From positions 1 to 46,868 of the forward strand of contig JBHLQK010000001.1 of the NCBI GenBank assembly GCA_048884925.1: a DNA stretch of 46,868 bases, given 5' to 3'. Positions 8,352 to 18,321 of this stretch are shown here, one piece after another. Under the pieces are notes generated by a model. The model was not told where the DNA came from and ran no database searches. It worked only from the letters and a program-made list of their open reading frames with translations. Made by a program: the position numbers and the translations under genes. Position 1 is the first letter of the stretch; every line of letters starts with the position of its first letter. Source of the stretch: Candidatus Thorarchaeota archaeon (GTDB lineage: Archaea > Asgardarchaeota > Thorarchaeia > Thorarchaeales > Thorarchaeaceae).

Positions 8352-10603
8352 TCATTCTCGATTTCAAAGTCCTCAAGAAGAGTCTGAATTGAAAAAGAGT
8401 CTTGGTCGTCTTCAGACTCAATAAGAATAGCTTCGTTTTCCGTAACGGGTAAGTCTACTCCAAGCTGCCGCTTTATTGATCTAGCTAAGGAAGTACCTAT
8501 TGTTGGTATACGGGCGATTTTTTCAAGCGATGCATGATAGAGATCAGACTGATTCTTCAAACCATTGGCGTATAACATCCTACCCCTTATACGACCGATT
8601 CCTCTGAGGCGGACGAGGTCCAACAGCTCTTTTTGTACGCCATATTTGAGACGAAACCGAAGGTTGTAGAGCAATGCAATGTGTTGGGTAGCATTGATTA
8701 CTTTTGCAATCTCTGATGCTGAATAAACTAACCACTCTGCAGTCTGGACATACCTGTGAACATCACCCATACCAACACTAAATCCTTCAGTAATCTCACG
8801 TTCCGAACTCTCAGAAATCCACTCTTCCAGCAGTCGTGCTGTCTTCACTTCTGCAAGATACTGTCCATAGTCCTCCATCTCATCTATTGGTGGTTCAATC
8901 ATGAAATCATTACTGTGTTCTTCGACAAAGTAGTCATACTCGTCAAATTCAGATCTTGTCAGGTAGGTAATTTGCTGGTCAGGAGTGTGGCATATGAGAT
9001 GAAGGGCACCAATGGTAGTTACTTCTTTGGCTTCAGCGAGAACATCACGAAGCAGTATGGCGGTATAGGGATCAATGTATAGTCTAGATGCCCTCTTGCC
9101 CAAAGGAGTGGCGGAATATACACCAGATTCTGTACAATCAATCAATCGGCCATCTTGAAGGAAAATCAGTGCAGACGAAACATGGTGTTGGATTTCAAGC
9201 GGGTCGAATTGGTATGAGAAGAATGTGCCTTTGATTAATGAGTCAACTTCCTCTCTGTTCCGTGTCATCTCAGTAGCAATAGATGCCAGCAGATGAGAAC
9301 GTAGAGCAGACGGTGACGCGAGCTTTGATGTGATTCTCTCTGGCTCAGCTAACACGTACTCATCTGTAAGCGAGTCACGCTCTTGCTCGGATTTCGCAAT
9401 GAGTATTGCCTCTCCATAGCTATCATATTTTGGCCGTCCGGCTCTTCCTGCCATCTGTTTGTACTCAAGGACAGGAATAGTATAGCTACCTCTACCTTGT
9501 TCAAAGCGGCGATAGTCACGAATGATAACACGTCTGGCTGGCAGATTTACACCAGCAGCGAGTGTAGGAGTTGCTATAACGACCTTCAACATGTCATCTT
9601 TAAAGAAGTCTTCAACAAGGGTCCTTTCACTGTTGTCGAGTCCAGCATGGTGAAAGGCCACTCCTGAAGCAATAACCCGAGCAAGCGTCTTTGTTGCTTC
9701 TGGAGCTGAGGGTCTTGCAGACAACTTCTTAGCTGCTTTTGTCAGCTGTTTTAGTGCATCTACATTGAGGTAAGGACGAACCGACGAAGCGATCTTCTTG
9801 GCGACGGCAACAGTCGATCGTCTACTTGATACAAAAACAAGGGCCTGACCCTTTTCTTCCAGAATATCACAGACCACATCACCAACTATCTCAGGTCGTC
9901 TTCTCGGAATGGACTTGGAGCTGCCATCAAGAATAAATGATATCTTGTTATCAAAATATACCCCTTCTCTCAAAGGCACCGGTCTCCATGTACTTGTGAC
10001 AAGTTCCGCATTCAACCACTCAGCAATTCTATCTGAATTGGAAATTGTAGCGCTTAATGCCACAATTTGTACATCTGGAAGGCCCTGCATCATTTTGGCG
10101 ATAAGCATTTCCAAAGTGGGACCGCGATTTGAGTCATTAACCAAATGGACCTCATCTACAATAATGATTCCTGCTTCTTCAAGCCATTGAGTCTTATGAC
10201 GCACTAATGAGTCAGCTCTTTCTGTGGTTAGTACAACTATGTCAGCGTCTTTGAGACGTGTACCTGGAGAGTCATAGTCCCCTATGGACATCGATATAGT
10301 AATTCCTAGTGATTCGTATTTCTTGAATTCAGAGTACTTCTCTCGTGCAAGTGACCGCAATGGAACAAGATACAGTGCTTTGCCACGACCTTCCAGAATG
10401 CTCTTGAGCATGCATATCTCAGCTACTAACGTCTTTCCAGCACTTGTGGGAACAGCCAGAACAAGGTTCCTGCCTTCCAATACTCCCGTATTAAATGCAG
10501 ACATTTGAGGTGGAAAGAGTGTAGATATTCCATTGTCTTGAAGCAGTTTGATGACCTTCTTGTTTATCGATAAGCTCTCAAGTTGCGTTTCGGTCATCTC
10601 CAT
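8348..10603 (-). CDS. hel308: Ski2-like DNA helicase Hel308/Hjm
   Basis: 751 aa. AVPTSAGKT (motif I), DEVH (II), SAT (III), HHAGL, QMAGRAGR (VI), then the winged-helix/ratchet/HhH C-terminal region typical of Hel308. Confidence 0.85.
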   Translation of the reverse strand: MEMTETQLESLSINKKVIKLLQDNGISTLFPPQMSAFNTGVLEGRNLVLAVPTSAGKTLVAEICMLKSILEGRGKALYLVPLRSLAREKYSEFKKYESLGITISMSIGDYDSPGTRLKDADIVVLTTERADSLVRHKTQWLEEAGIIIVDEVHLVNDSNRGPTLEMLIAKMMQGLPDVQIVALSATISNSDRIAEWLNAELVTSTWRPVPLREGVYFDNKISFILDGSSKSIPRRRPEIVGDVVCDILEEKGQALVFVSSRRSTVAVAKKIASSVRPYLNVDALKQLTKAAKKLSARPSAPEATKTLARVIASGVAFHHAGLDNSERTLVEDFFKDDMLKVVIATPTLAAGVNLPARRVIIRDYRRFEQGRGSYTIPVLEYKQMAGRAGRPKYDSYGEAILIAKSEQERDSLTDEYVLAEPERITSKLASPSALRSHLLASIATEMTRNREEVDSLIKGTFFSYQFDPLEIQHHVSSALIFLQDGRLIDCTESGVYSATPLGKRASRLYIDPYTAILLRDVLAEAKEVTTIGALHLICHTPDQQITYLTRSEFDEYDYFVEEHSNDFMIEPPIDEMEDYGQYLAEVKTARLLEEWISESSEREITEGFSVGMGDVHRYVQTAEWLVYSASEIAKVINATQHIALLYNLRFRLKYGVQKELLDLVRLRGIGRIRGRMLYANGLKNQSDLYHASLEKIARIPTIGTSLARSIKRQLGVDLPVTENEAILIESEDDQDSFSIQTLLEDFEIEND

Positions 10604-10620
10604 TGCAAAGCCTAATTCTA

Positions 10621-12693
10621 CTAGCTTTTGGGTGGCAGTCGTATAGTGCCCTCGCCTTTGGGTCTATATACCGCACCCTCCTCTACGAGTCGTGCTATTA
10701 TTGTTTCAGCTCTCTCTCTGGGTAAGCCCTTGACCTCTAATCTCTGCAGTAACTCGACCTCACTTTCCGAACCATCAGATTCCATTTCCTTGAGAGTATT
10801 GATAATAGTAGCTCTAGCGCTTCTTTGTGAGGCACTTTCCTGTGAAACTAGACGATCAATGTCAAGCTCGCCAGTTTCAACATCAAAAGCTACTCCTTGT
10901 AATGACGCAGTCATAAGGGCTACAGCTGCTTGGCCGTCCTCTTTAGTGACGTTCTTTCTCAAAGCCATTTTTGCTCGAGCTTCTGCAAGGCGCACTAAGG
11001 ACTCCAGCTGCCGAGCAGTAATTGGTACAGGTGCAGCCCCTCCTTCGGCCCTCTTTCGGAGACCCACGTAGAAATCCTCAATTGCCTCAGCGGCCTCTGG
11101 AGACAGTTGAGGAATAACGTTACGGTTAGCATATCCAATATACTTCTTTAAGAGAGCTGGAGGTATTGGAGCTGTTTCGTCTGTTGTTTTCTTTGGCTTC
11201 CCCTGATGCAGATCCAGAATGAATCTTGCCAGCTCCTTATCACGCTCTTCGTTTGGGGTGTCAATCATGACCCAGACCAGGTCAAATCTGGACAATATTG
11301 TGAAGGGTAGTTTGATATTTTCCTGAGGGGTCCATGATGTTTCATATCGACCAAGTGTTGGATTTGCCGCAGCTAGGATTGAAGTGCGTGCATTCAATGT
11401 AGCAACAATACCTGCCTTTGCTATGCTTACAGTATGTTGTTCCATTGCTTCATGTATTGCTGTTCTATCATTTGGGTCCATTTTATCAAACTCATCGATG
11501 CATGCAATCCCTTGATCTGCCAAGACCAATGCTCCAGCTTCAAGTGTCATAGCTCCACTATCAGTATCATGGATAACGGCTGCCGTCAGGCCCGCAGCAG
11601 TGGTACCCTTTCCAGATGTGTACAAGGCTCTGGAAGCAAGACCTGAAACGAATTTTAGAATCTGGCTTTTTCCTGTACCGGGATCACCAACCATCAGAAT
11701 GTTCGACCGCCCTCTCAATCGAGTTCCATCTGGCAGTATCTTATCGACCCCGCCAAATAGAAGGAGTGAGATGGATTGTTTTATTTCGTCATGGCCTTGT
11801 ATTGCAGGAGCGATTGATCTGTAAATCTTCTCATGGATGTACGGATTTTTAGACAATTCGTTTATTGCTTTCTCATCCTCTTCGGAAATTTCGAGTTGCT
11901 CGTATTCCTTCTCGGCAATTTCTACACCATTTGCCTCGATGAACACATTGAAGGTGGCTAGCTTCCCACCCCTCCTAGAGAAGTCAGGGGTAGTCTGTAG
12001 CAGCCCAGTCACCTTGACCATGTCACCAGGTCTTGAGATATCTACAATGTCCCCTTTTAGTACCACGTCAACTGATCGAGGCATCTGGCCCGGAGGAAGC
12101 TCCTCAGGAGATTCCTGTATTCGAACCTTTTGCCAGTCTATGAACCGCGACTTCGCAAGCAATAGTTTCATTGGGGTCTTCTTCCCACAGGTAGAACACA
12201 ATGGAGGTTCGGTGTATCGACCTTCTTCTTGTTCTTGAGGAATTTCAGCCATGCATACTCTACATTGGAATGTAGCATTGACCAATAGTGGCTTGACCTC
12301 ACTTGCACGCATCATGATGCCGCTTATGCGAATAAGCTTCCCAATATGTCGTGATCTTATGTGTCTAAGAGGAACATTCTCGCTGTAGTTTATGATACGA
12401 ACTTGCAGCCCGTCATGCCCAATTGTACCTACATACTCAGGGTCTTCAATTCTGAGAAGAGAAACTAAAGCGTTATGAGCCATCCTAAGAAATGTCTGAG
12501 GGTCTTCTGTGGCAAATGCCATGAACACATTATCAAATCCAATAAGATCCTGGAAATCTACAACCAATGAAGATACGTCATCGATGGACATCTGTTGAAC
12601 TCTAGACCAGTAGACTGTACTCCCCTGTTCATCCTTGAAAGTGCGGATGAACTCTTCAAATCTCTCCTGTTCAGTTTCCATTTCTAATGTCAT
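10621..12693 (-). CDS. mcm: MCM replicative helicase
   Basis: N-terminal OB/zinc motif (CRVC...CSTCG), Walker A GDPGTGKS, Walker B CIDEFDKM, arginine finger SRFDL, and a C-terminal winged helix. I prefer the ATG at 12693 over the GTG at 12708. Confidence 0.95.
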   Translation of the reverse strand: MTLEMETEQERFEEFIRTFKDEQGSTVYWSRVQQMSIDDVSSLVVDFQDLIGFDNVFMAFATEDPQTFLRMAHNALVSLLRIEDPEYVGTIGHDGLQVRIINYSENVPLRHIRSRHIGKLIRISGIMMRASEVKPLLVNATFQCRVCMAEIPQEQEEGRYTEPPLCSTCGKKTPMKLLLAKSRFIDWQKVRIQESPEELPPGQMPRSVDVVLKGDIVDISRPGDMVKVTGLLQTTPDFSRRGGKLATFNVFIEANGVEIAEKEYEQLEISEEDEKAINELSKNPYIHEKIYRSIAPAIQGHDEIKQSISLLLFGGVDKILPDGTRLRGRSNILMVGDPGTGKSQILKFVSGLASRALYTSGKGTTAAGLTAAVIHDTDSGAMTLEAGALVLADQGIACIDEFDKMDPNDRTAIHEAMEQHTVSIAKAGIVATLNARTSILAAANPTLGRYETSWTPQENIKLPFTILSRFDLVWVMIDTPNEERDKELARFILDLHQGKPKKTTDETAPIPPALLKKYIGYANRNVIPQLSPEAAEAIEDFYVGLRKRAEGGAAPVPITARQLESLVRLAEARAKMALRKNVTKEDGQAAVALMTASLQGVAFDVETGELDIDRLVSQESASQRSARATIINTLKEMESDGSESEVELLQRLEVKGLPRERAETIIARLVEEGAVYRPKGEGTIRLPPKS

Positions 12694-12856
12694 GATTATT
12701 CCGAACACTCCGGATTTGGTCCTAGTGATGTCACACGACTCTCACACTATGTCTGTGGGGTCAGATATTAAAACCCGCTCTCGTTAGTTGTGAGTGGTCC
12801 TTTTTAACTCTGCCAGAGCTGTGTAGGATTTGTCCGAGTTGTAATTTATGAGGATT

Positions 12857-13417
12857 CTATTCCGTCACCATTTCGCGCCAAGTAGAGAGGAGAATACCAA
12901 GCTCGTCGACAAGCCACCTTTCTTCCAGTGCCATCTGTTTACGCCTATCCTGATTTGCGCCGGACTTGGCAACGCGCATTATCTTGGATAAACGATTTTC
13001 GACCAGAATTCGAAGCATCCTTCGTATCTTCTCAATCTCGTCATGAAGTCGAGGGTCTATTGAGGTTTTATCACTCTGAAGTTGAGTCATCTTTCTGATA
13101 AGTGCGGAATAGAGCAATGGAGGAAATACCTGCAATTTGTGGGGCTGCTTTTCCTCAGCATTATACAGGTTCTGAAATCGTCTAAGTGATTCATATGCCT
13201 CTGTGGCATCCAATTCAACAAGATTATGTGCAACAAGCCTTTCAATCACCCAATTCTGAAGTTGTGTCGTCGTTCCAGCCTTGAACGGGCCAAGTTTTTC
13301 TCCACCAATTCTGATTTCAGGTACATCCTCTCGAAAAGTGCATGTGCGTGTTTCGTTCAGAAACTGTATTACAAAACGCTCCTTTACTGTTTTGATATCG
13401 CGTTGGAAAGTCATCAT
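12857..13417 (-). CDS. GINS-family subunit (B-domain then A-domain order, Gins23-like), tentative
   Basis: About 186 aa. N-terminal beta-rich segment (IRIGGEKLGPFKAGTTTQLQNWVIERLVAHNLVEL) followed by a helical domain (RLSKIMRVA). It sits immediately upstream of mcm, which is the known GINS-MCM linkage. Confidence 0.5.
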   Translation of the reverse strand: MMTFQRDIKTVKERFVIQFLNETRTCTFREDVPEIRIGGEKLGPFKAGTTTQLQNWVIERLVAHNLVELDATEAYESLRRFQNLYNAEEKQPHKLQVFPPLLYSALIRKMTQLQSDKTSIDPRLHDEIEKIRRMLRILVENRLSKIMRVAKSGANQDRRKQMALEERWLVDELGILLSTWREMVTE

Positions 13418-13611
13418 GTACACACTTATCGATTGAGTGGCATACCATAAAGAGCTTGTTCTAGAATACGGAAATATAGTGCTCCTTTTAGTCCAGTAAG
13501 AGTGTTCTATGGTAGAGTAAGGTTATAGCTTCAAGTGAATCGATGCTTCCGGAGAAGCTTTTAAGAGCACTAGAAGATTGTCACCGCAGTCTACGACGGG
13601 ATGGGAATCGA

Positions 13612-14568
13612 ATGGATTTAGACCTCTGGACAGAGAAATATCGCCCTCCCACACTAGGAGGAATTATTGGGCAAGAATCAATCATTGAGAGTCTGACAAA
13701 GTTTGTACAGAATAGGAATGTGCCGCATTGTCTGTTCACTGGACCTCCAGGCACAAGCAAGACCACAGCTGCCATGGCGATGGCAAGAGATCTCTTTGGA
13801 GATACTTTCGACCGCAACTTTATGGAATTAAACGCGAGTGATGAGAGGGGTATTGATGTCGTTAGGAACCAAATAAAGAACTTTGCCAGAATCATGCCAT
13901 CTGGTGATGCTCCATTTAAGATTCTGGTCTTGGATGAAGCAGACCATCTCACTGCCGACGCTCAACATGCCTTGAGACGGACAATGGAATCGTATGCGGG
14001 CTCATGCAGAATGGTGTTGATTTGCAACTACTCCAGTAGGATAATTCCACCGATTCAGTCTAGGTGTGCGATATTCAGATTCGCACGTTTAAGCGATAGC
14101 TCAATTACTGAAAGACTGAATTATATAGCAAAGAAAGAGAAGATTTCTGCCAATGCCGCCGGAATTCAGGCAATACTATACCTTGCCGAAGGAGACATGC
14201 GAGCTGCCATCAATCTCCTTCAGGCCTCTGCATCTGCGGGGGAGAAAGTTGATGATAGAGTAGTCTTTGCAATTGCAGGTAGAGCAAATCCAAATGCGAT
14301 TAAGGAAATGTTGGATTCCGCAGGTGAAAACTACGAGAACTCTCTAGAAAAGCTAAGAGCGCTTATCTATCAGCAAGGAGTTTCACCCGTAGATTTGGCG
14401 AGACAACTACATAGAGAGGTACTGAAACTGGACATTTCCGAAAATCGAAAGATGGCAATTCTTGAGAGAACTGCAGAAGCCGAGTTCAGGATAGGAGAGG
14501 GAGCAAGTGGGGAGGTTCAGCTGAGTGCACTATTGGCTCACATAGGACTGGAACGGGGTGAATCATGA
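13612..14568 (+). CDS. rfcS: replication factor C small subunit
   Basis: WTEKYRP box, GPPGTSKT Walker A, LDEADHLT, SRC motif (QSRCAIFRF). I prefer the ATG at 13612 over 13543. Confidence 0.9.
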   Translation: MDLDLWTEKYRPPTLGGIIGQESIIESLTKFVQNRNVPHCLFTGPPGTSKTTAAMAMARDLFGDTFDRNFMELNASDERGIDVVRNQIKNFARIMPSGDAPFKILVLDEADHLTADAQHALRRTMESYAGSCRMVLICNYSSRIIPPIQSRCAIFRFARLSDSSITERLNYIAKKEKISANAAGIQAILYLAEGDMRAAINLLQASASAGEKVDDRVVFAIAGRANPNAIKEMLDSAGENYENSLEKLRALIYQQGVSPVDLARQLHREVLKLDISENRKMAILERTAEAEFRIGEGASGEVQLSALLAHIGLERGES

Positions 14569-15785
14569 ATCACAAGAACCTACCGTGGCCAGAGCTTCAT
14601 CGACCTACAAGCCTCACACAGCTCGCTGGAAATGCCGATACGATAAGAGAACTGGAGGAATGGATTCAGGCTTGGATTAATGGAGCATCTAGCAGAAGAG
14701 CTGCGTTGTTGATTGGTCCTCCAGGAGTAGGAAAGACTGCATCTGTGGGAGCACTTTCTCATGATTACGACTTGGAACTTGTGGAGTTCAATTCCAGTGA
14801 TAAACGGAATAAGGGAAGTATCGAAAATCAGGTCTGGAAAGCGGCAACACAGCAGACGTTGGATGGTAGACTTCGTCTTCTTCTCTTGGACGAGGTGGAT
14901 GGACTTTCCGGAACCAGTGATCGGGGAGGAGTCGGTGCAATCCTGAAAATCATCGAGGATGCTGTACATCCCATCATAATGACTGCAAATGATCCAAACA
15001 GTCCACGACTCAAGGATTTGCTGAAAATCTGCAAGGTGTTTAGATTCGAACCAATTGAACCAAATGAAATGGTACCTGTCATTAGAGGGATTGCATCAGC
15101 ACATGATTCCTTATTTTCCGATGAGGTATTAGAGGGAATTGTAGATAAGGCTGGAGGCGACCTTCGGGCTGCAATATCCGATCTTGAAACACTCTCTGTA
15201 AGCGGTCGTACAACAGATGAGGGGTTGCCGTCTCGTGACGTACGTCGTGAGGTTAGTGAAGCTTTTGCACGATTGTTTATGACTACAGACCCAGAAGCAG
15301 CCAAACGCGTTATTTCGGAACTAGATATAGACTACAATCAACTGCTTCTGTGGCTTGAAGAAAATGCCCATCTTCATCTCACAACTCCAGAAGAGCTTGA
15401 TCAAGGATTTGAGTATCTATCACTTGCTGACTTATCACTTGGAAGAATTTGGAAACGTCAGAACTGGAAGTTACTGGCCTATGTATATGACTTTCTTGCG
15501 ATTGGGATGTCAACAAGCAGAAGAGTAACACCTTATAGAATAGTTAAATATTCTCAGCCATCCTGGCCAATGCTAATTTGGCGTGGGAATAGAGTGCGTG
15601 ACAAGGAATCAGACTTCCTTCTCCAAATTACTAGAATCACATCGGTTTCAAAGAGTAGAGCCGCACGTGCCTACAAAGATGCGATACTTGACATAGTCAA
15701 ACAAAATCCCAGATTGAAGGACGTCTTTTCGAACTGGCTTGAGATTAAGAAGGGCTTCTTTGATGAAAGAAGTAGTCGTCGCTGA
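14565..15785 (+). CDS. rfcL: replication factor C large subunit
   Basis: GPPGVGKT, NSSDKR (NASD-like), LLLDEVDG, TANDP. Its start overlaps the rfcS stop (ATGA). Confidence 0.8.
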   Translation: MNHKNLPWPELHRPTSLTQLAGNADTIRELEEWIQAWINGASSRRAALLIGPPGVGKTASVGALSHDYDLELVEFNSSDKRNKGSIENQVWKAATQQTLDGRLRLLLLDEVDGLSGTSDRGGVGAILKIIEDAVHPIIMTANDPNSPRLKDLLKICKVFRFEPIEPNEMVPVIRGIASAHDSLFSDEVLEGIVDKAGGDLRAAISDLETLSVSGRTTDEGLPSRDVRREVSEAFARLFMTTDPEAAKRVISELDIDYNQLLLWLEENAHLHLTTPEELDQGFEYLSLADLSLGRIWKRQNWKLLAYVYDFLAIGMSTSRRVTPYRIVKYSQPSWPMLIWRGNRVRDKESDFLLQITRITSVSKSRAARAYKDAILDIVKQNPRLKDVFSNWLEIKKGFFDERSSRR

Positions 15786-16584
15786 TGGCATTTACGACGC
15801 GTGTGGACCTCCTGAGATGATTCAGATGGACACTCAATTGCTTTCGAATCCTTGAAAGAGCATACTTGCTAGTAGTCATTCGGATAGGAACTGCAGTTTC
15901 CACTAGTACTAGACATTCTGGTGGAGCTGGTTCAATCCCTCCTGGAATTATGCCAGGGCCATTGAGATGATTTGAGAACGTTTGCATATCCATTTCACCG
16001 ATGCCGATCTGTATGAGCATAGATACCGTCTTTCTGATTAGCTTCCAGAGGAAATTTGTACCAAAGATGTCCATTGTAAGACCAGTATCTGATTCAAGAA
16101 GACATGCATTGAGAATGGTAGTTGTGGTTGGCCTATCTCCATCTGGTTTGGAAAACAGGGAAAAATCGCGGGTTCCTGATAAGAGCTGTACTGCGTTTCT
16201 CATTGATTGTAGATATACCTCCCTTGAATCTAAATCGAAGTAGTATCTATAATGTCTCATAAGTACATCATATCGTGGATTAAAGTTGGCTGGCACTACT
16301 GCAGATGCCCATAAAGCAATATCAGACGGGAGATATCGATTTACTTTGTCAATGTTGAGTTTCCTTTCTGTTTTTATCGATACAATTTGACCTATACTAT
16401 GTACGCCACGGTCAGTACGACCCGATAATTGGACTGTCTGAGTAGAGTAATCGGTTTCACTCTGTATGTCCCATTGGTTTAGCGCGTCAATGAGTTCGCC
16501 CTGTACTGTGAGGAGGTTAGGTTGAAATTGAGACCCATAGTAACGATCTCCAAGATAGAAAAGACGTGCAATATAAGAGTTCAA
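15745..16584 (-). CDS. truA: tRNA pseudouridine(38-40) synthase TruA/Pus1-like
   Basis: YLGDRYYGSQ.Q and the catalytic GRTDRGVHSIGQ motif. TTG start. Its 3' end overlaps the rfcL 3' end by 41 nt (convergent). Confidence 0.85.
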   Translation of the reverse strand: MNSYIARLFYLGDRYYGSQFQPNLLTVQGELIDALNQWDIQSETDYSTQTVQLSGRTDRGVHSIGQIVSIKTERKLNIDKVNRYLPSDIALWASAVVPANFNPRYDVLMRHYRYYFDLDSREVYLQSMRNAVQLLSGTRDFSLFSKPDGDRPTTTTILNACLLESDTGLTMDIFGTNFLWKLIRKTVSMLIQIGIGEMDMQTFSNHLNGPGIIPGGIEPAPPECLVLVETAVPIRMTTSKYALSRIRKQLSVHLNHLRRSTRVVNAISDDYFFHQRSPS

Positions 16585-16600
16585 CTGATGGCCCTCTTAG

Positions 16601-16906
16601 TTATGACTGCCATAGTCCAAACAGATTTCGCAAGGCTCGCGCCCTGTGGTCCTCTATTCGATAGCGGTAGATTTTGATCCGCCCGAACATCTTCTCCTCG
16701 ACTAGACCGGATTCGATAAGCACTTCGAGATGTGATTTGGTCGAGCTATGATTCAAAGAAACTCTCCTGCAGAGTTCGGATATATTCAGCTCGCTGGAAG
16801 TAGCCAGCTCTTTTAGTATCTTGATTCTCCCTCTCGAAGAGAATAGCTCCTCGATTGGCACTCGAAACCTATCATCAGCGTTATTCAAAATCATGAAAAC
16901 CCCCAT
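16601..16906 (-). CDS. small winged-helix (ArsR-like) DNA-binding protein
   Basis: About 101 aa. RGRIKILKEL...LNISELCRRVSLNHSSTKSHLEVLIESGLV is an ArsR/SmtB-type wHTH. Its ATG overlaps the cdc6 stop (TGATG). Confidence 0.7.
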   Translation of the reverse strand: MGVFMILNNADDRFRVPIEELFSSRGRIKILKELATSSELNISELCRRVSLNHSSTKSHLEVLIESGLVEEKMFGRIKIYRYRIEDHRARALRNLFGLWQS

Positions 16907-18099
16907 CAAGTAAGCAAGTCGAGTAGATGCTGTTCTAACATTTCAGCTGGTACATCAGAGAGTCCTATCAGAGTTGTCTGGCCTCTCTGTCCAACACCAG
17001 AACGTTTTGTATCTAGAAGTCCATGAGCATTTAGATCTTGGACCCACTCCCAGACCTGGGTATGAGCCCTTGGCTCTTCGTTGTACTCCTCACATATCGG
17101 ATGATACATCTCTTCGAGCTCGCCCATTGTGATATAGGCACCCCGATTCTCCTTGAGTTGTCTTGCGGCTGCTAGAAGTAGAAGCATGTTCTGTCGTGGA
17201 AGAGCCGCAAACAGCTCCTTCCTCAATTCAGGATGTGTGTCGGCCTTAGCCTTACGGGCATAATCAGGAATCACTTTTCTGGAATTTTCACTGTCAGCCT
17301 GCTTCCCTGCACGCCATAGAAGTTCGATTGCATAACGAGCATCTCCACGTTCTGATGCAATGTCACAGATGAGTTGTAGTGTTTCATCCATGACTACATC
17401 GTGGTCGAATGCAATGTCAGCTCGCCCCTTTAGAATGTCATATAGAGCGTCAGAGGTGTATTGGTCAAACCGGAGAACGTTTCGCTGAAGTGTACTTAAT
17501 GTGCTTTGGTCCAGTATACTCTCATCGAGAGGTATCTTTCTTCCCACTCCTATCACGGAAAGACGCTGAGGCGCATTCAATCGATCATCCATTAGTCGGG
17601 TCAAGTCGTAGAGAATGTCGGCACCTCTCTGTTTAATGAAATAGTCGAGTTCGTCAAGTATTAGTAGAAGATACTTGTCTTCTTCATCAAGTACCTCAAC
17701 AACCATTTGGAGGATTTCTTCCGGTGAGTGACCTCGCCGAGGAAATCTTGGTTTAAACTCCCTCAGCATCCGCAGATACACAAGATAGGTGCTCTTGTTC
17801 ACTCGGCAATTTATGTGCAGATTGTGCAGATTTATGCCCCGTCGGGTTGCTGCTTTTACCATTTGATCCGCGAAACGCTTAGTCACAGCTGTTTTTCCAG
17901 TTCCTACTGGACCTTCAATGATGAACTTCTGACTTGTATGGCCTGGAGAGGCGATTAGTGTCTTGAAACTTTGAGCAAGTGTTCTTAACTCAGGCTCCCG
18001 ATGTGGAAGGGTCTCAGGAACATAATCGATGGAAAGCAATTGCTCCGATTTGAATACACTCTGTCGACTCAGTTCGTCTTCCACATAGTCATGCGTCAT
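16906..18099 (-). CDS. cdc6: Orc1/Cdc6 replication initiator
   Basis: 397 aa. LPHREPEL, Walker A GPVGTGKT, Walker B LILDELD, and a C-terminal winged helix (GRGGQTTLIGL-like RSGVGQRGQTTLIGL). Confidence 0.9.
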   Translation of the reverse strand: MTHDYVEDELSRQSVFKSEQLLSIDYVPETLPHREPELRTLAQSFKTLIASPGHTSQKFIIEGPVGTGKTAVTKRFADQMVKAATRRGINLHNLHINCRVNKSTYLVYLRMLREFKPRFPRRGHSPEEILQMVVEVLDEEDKYLLLILDELDYFIKQRGADILYDLTRLMDDRLNAPQRLSVIGVGRKIPLDESILDQSTLSTLQRNVLRFDQYTSDALYDILKGRADIAFDHDVVMDETLQLICDIASERGDARYAIELLWRAGKQADSENSRKVIPDYARKAKADTHPELRKELFAALPRQNMLLLLAAARQLKENRGAYITMGELEEMYHPICEEYNEEPRAHTQVWEWVQDLNAHGLLDTKRSGVGQRGQTTLIGLSDVPAEMLEQHLLDLLT

Positions 18100-18321
18100 G
18101 AGTCATCCCAATCTAATATAGAAACGATCTTGCAACTTAAAAGAGTTGTGAGAATTGTCCGATTAAACGTATACGAAGAGTGGGGTTAACCGAAAGTAAT
18201 AGTGGCGAGCTCGTTACTCAAGATCCATATCATCGTCACTTTGGACTCATTGGGGTCATGGCAGTCATCACTCGCCACACTCATTTAGGTCCAGTTGTCC
18301 TTAAGTCTGACGAAAAGAATG

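Noticed and set aside
10628-11071. Long antisense or shadow ORFs in the track. Examples: 10628-11071, 11837-12238, 14828-15304, 13581-13952, 28701-29213, 3647-3961, 7458-7856, 18629-19000.
   Set aside because: Each lies entirely inside a gene with strong family signatures (MCM, RFC, HerA-like, GPN, HDAC, KorA). Their compositions are low-complexity or Ser/Arg-rich, which is typical of antisense frames.
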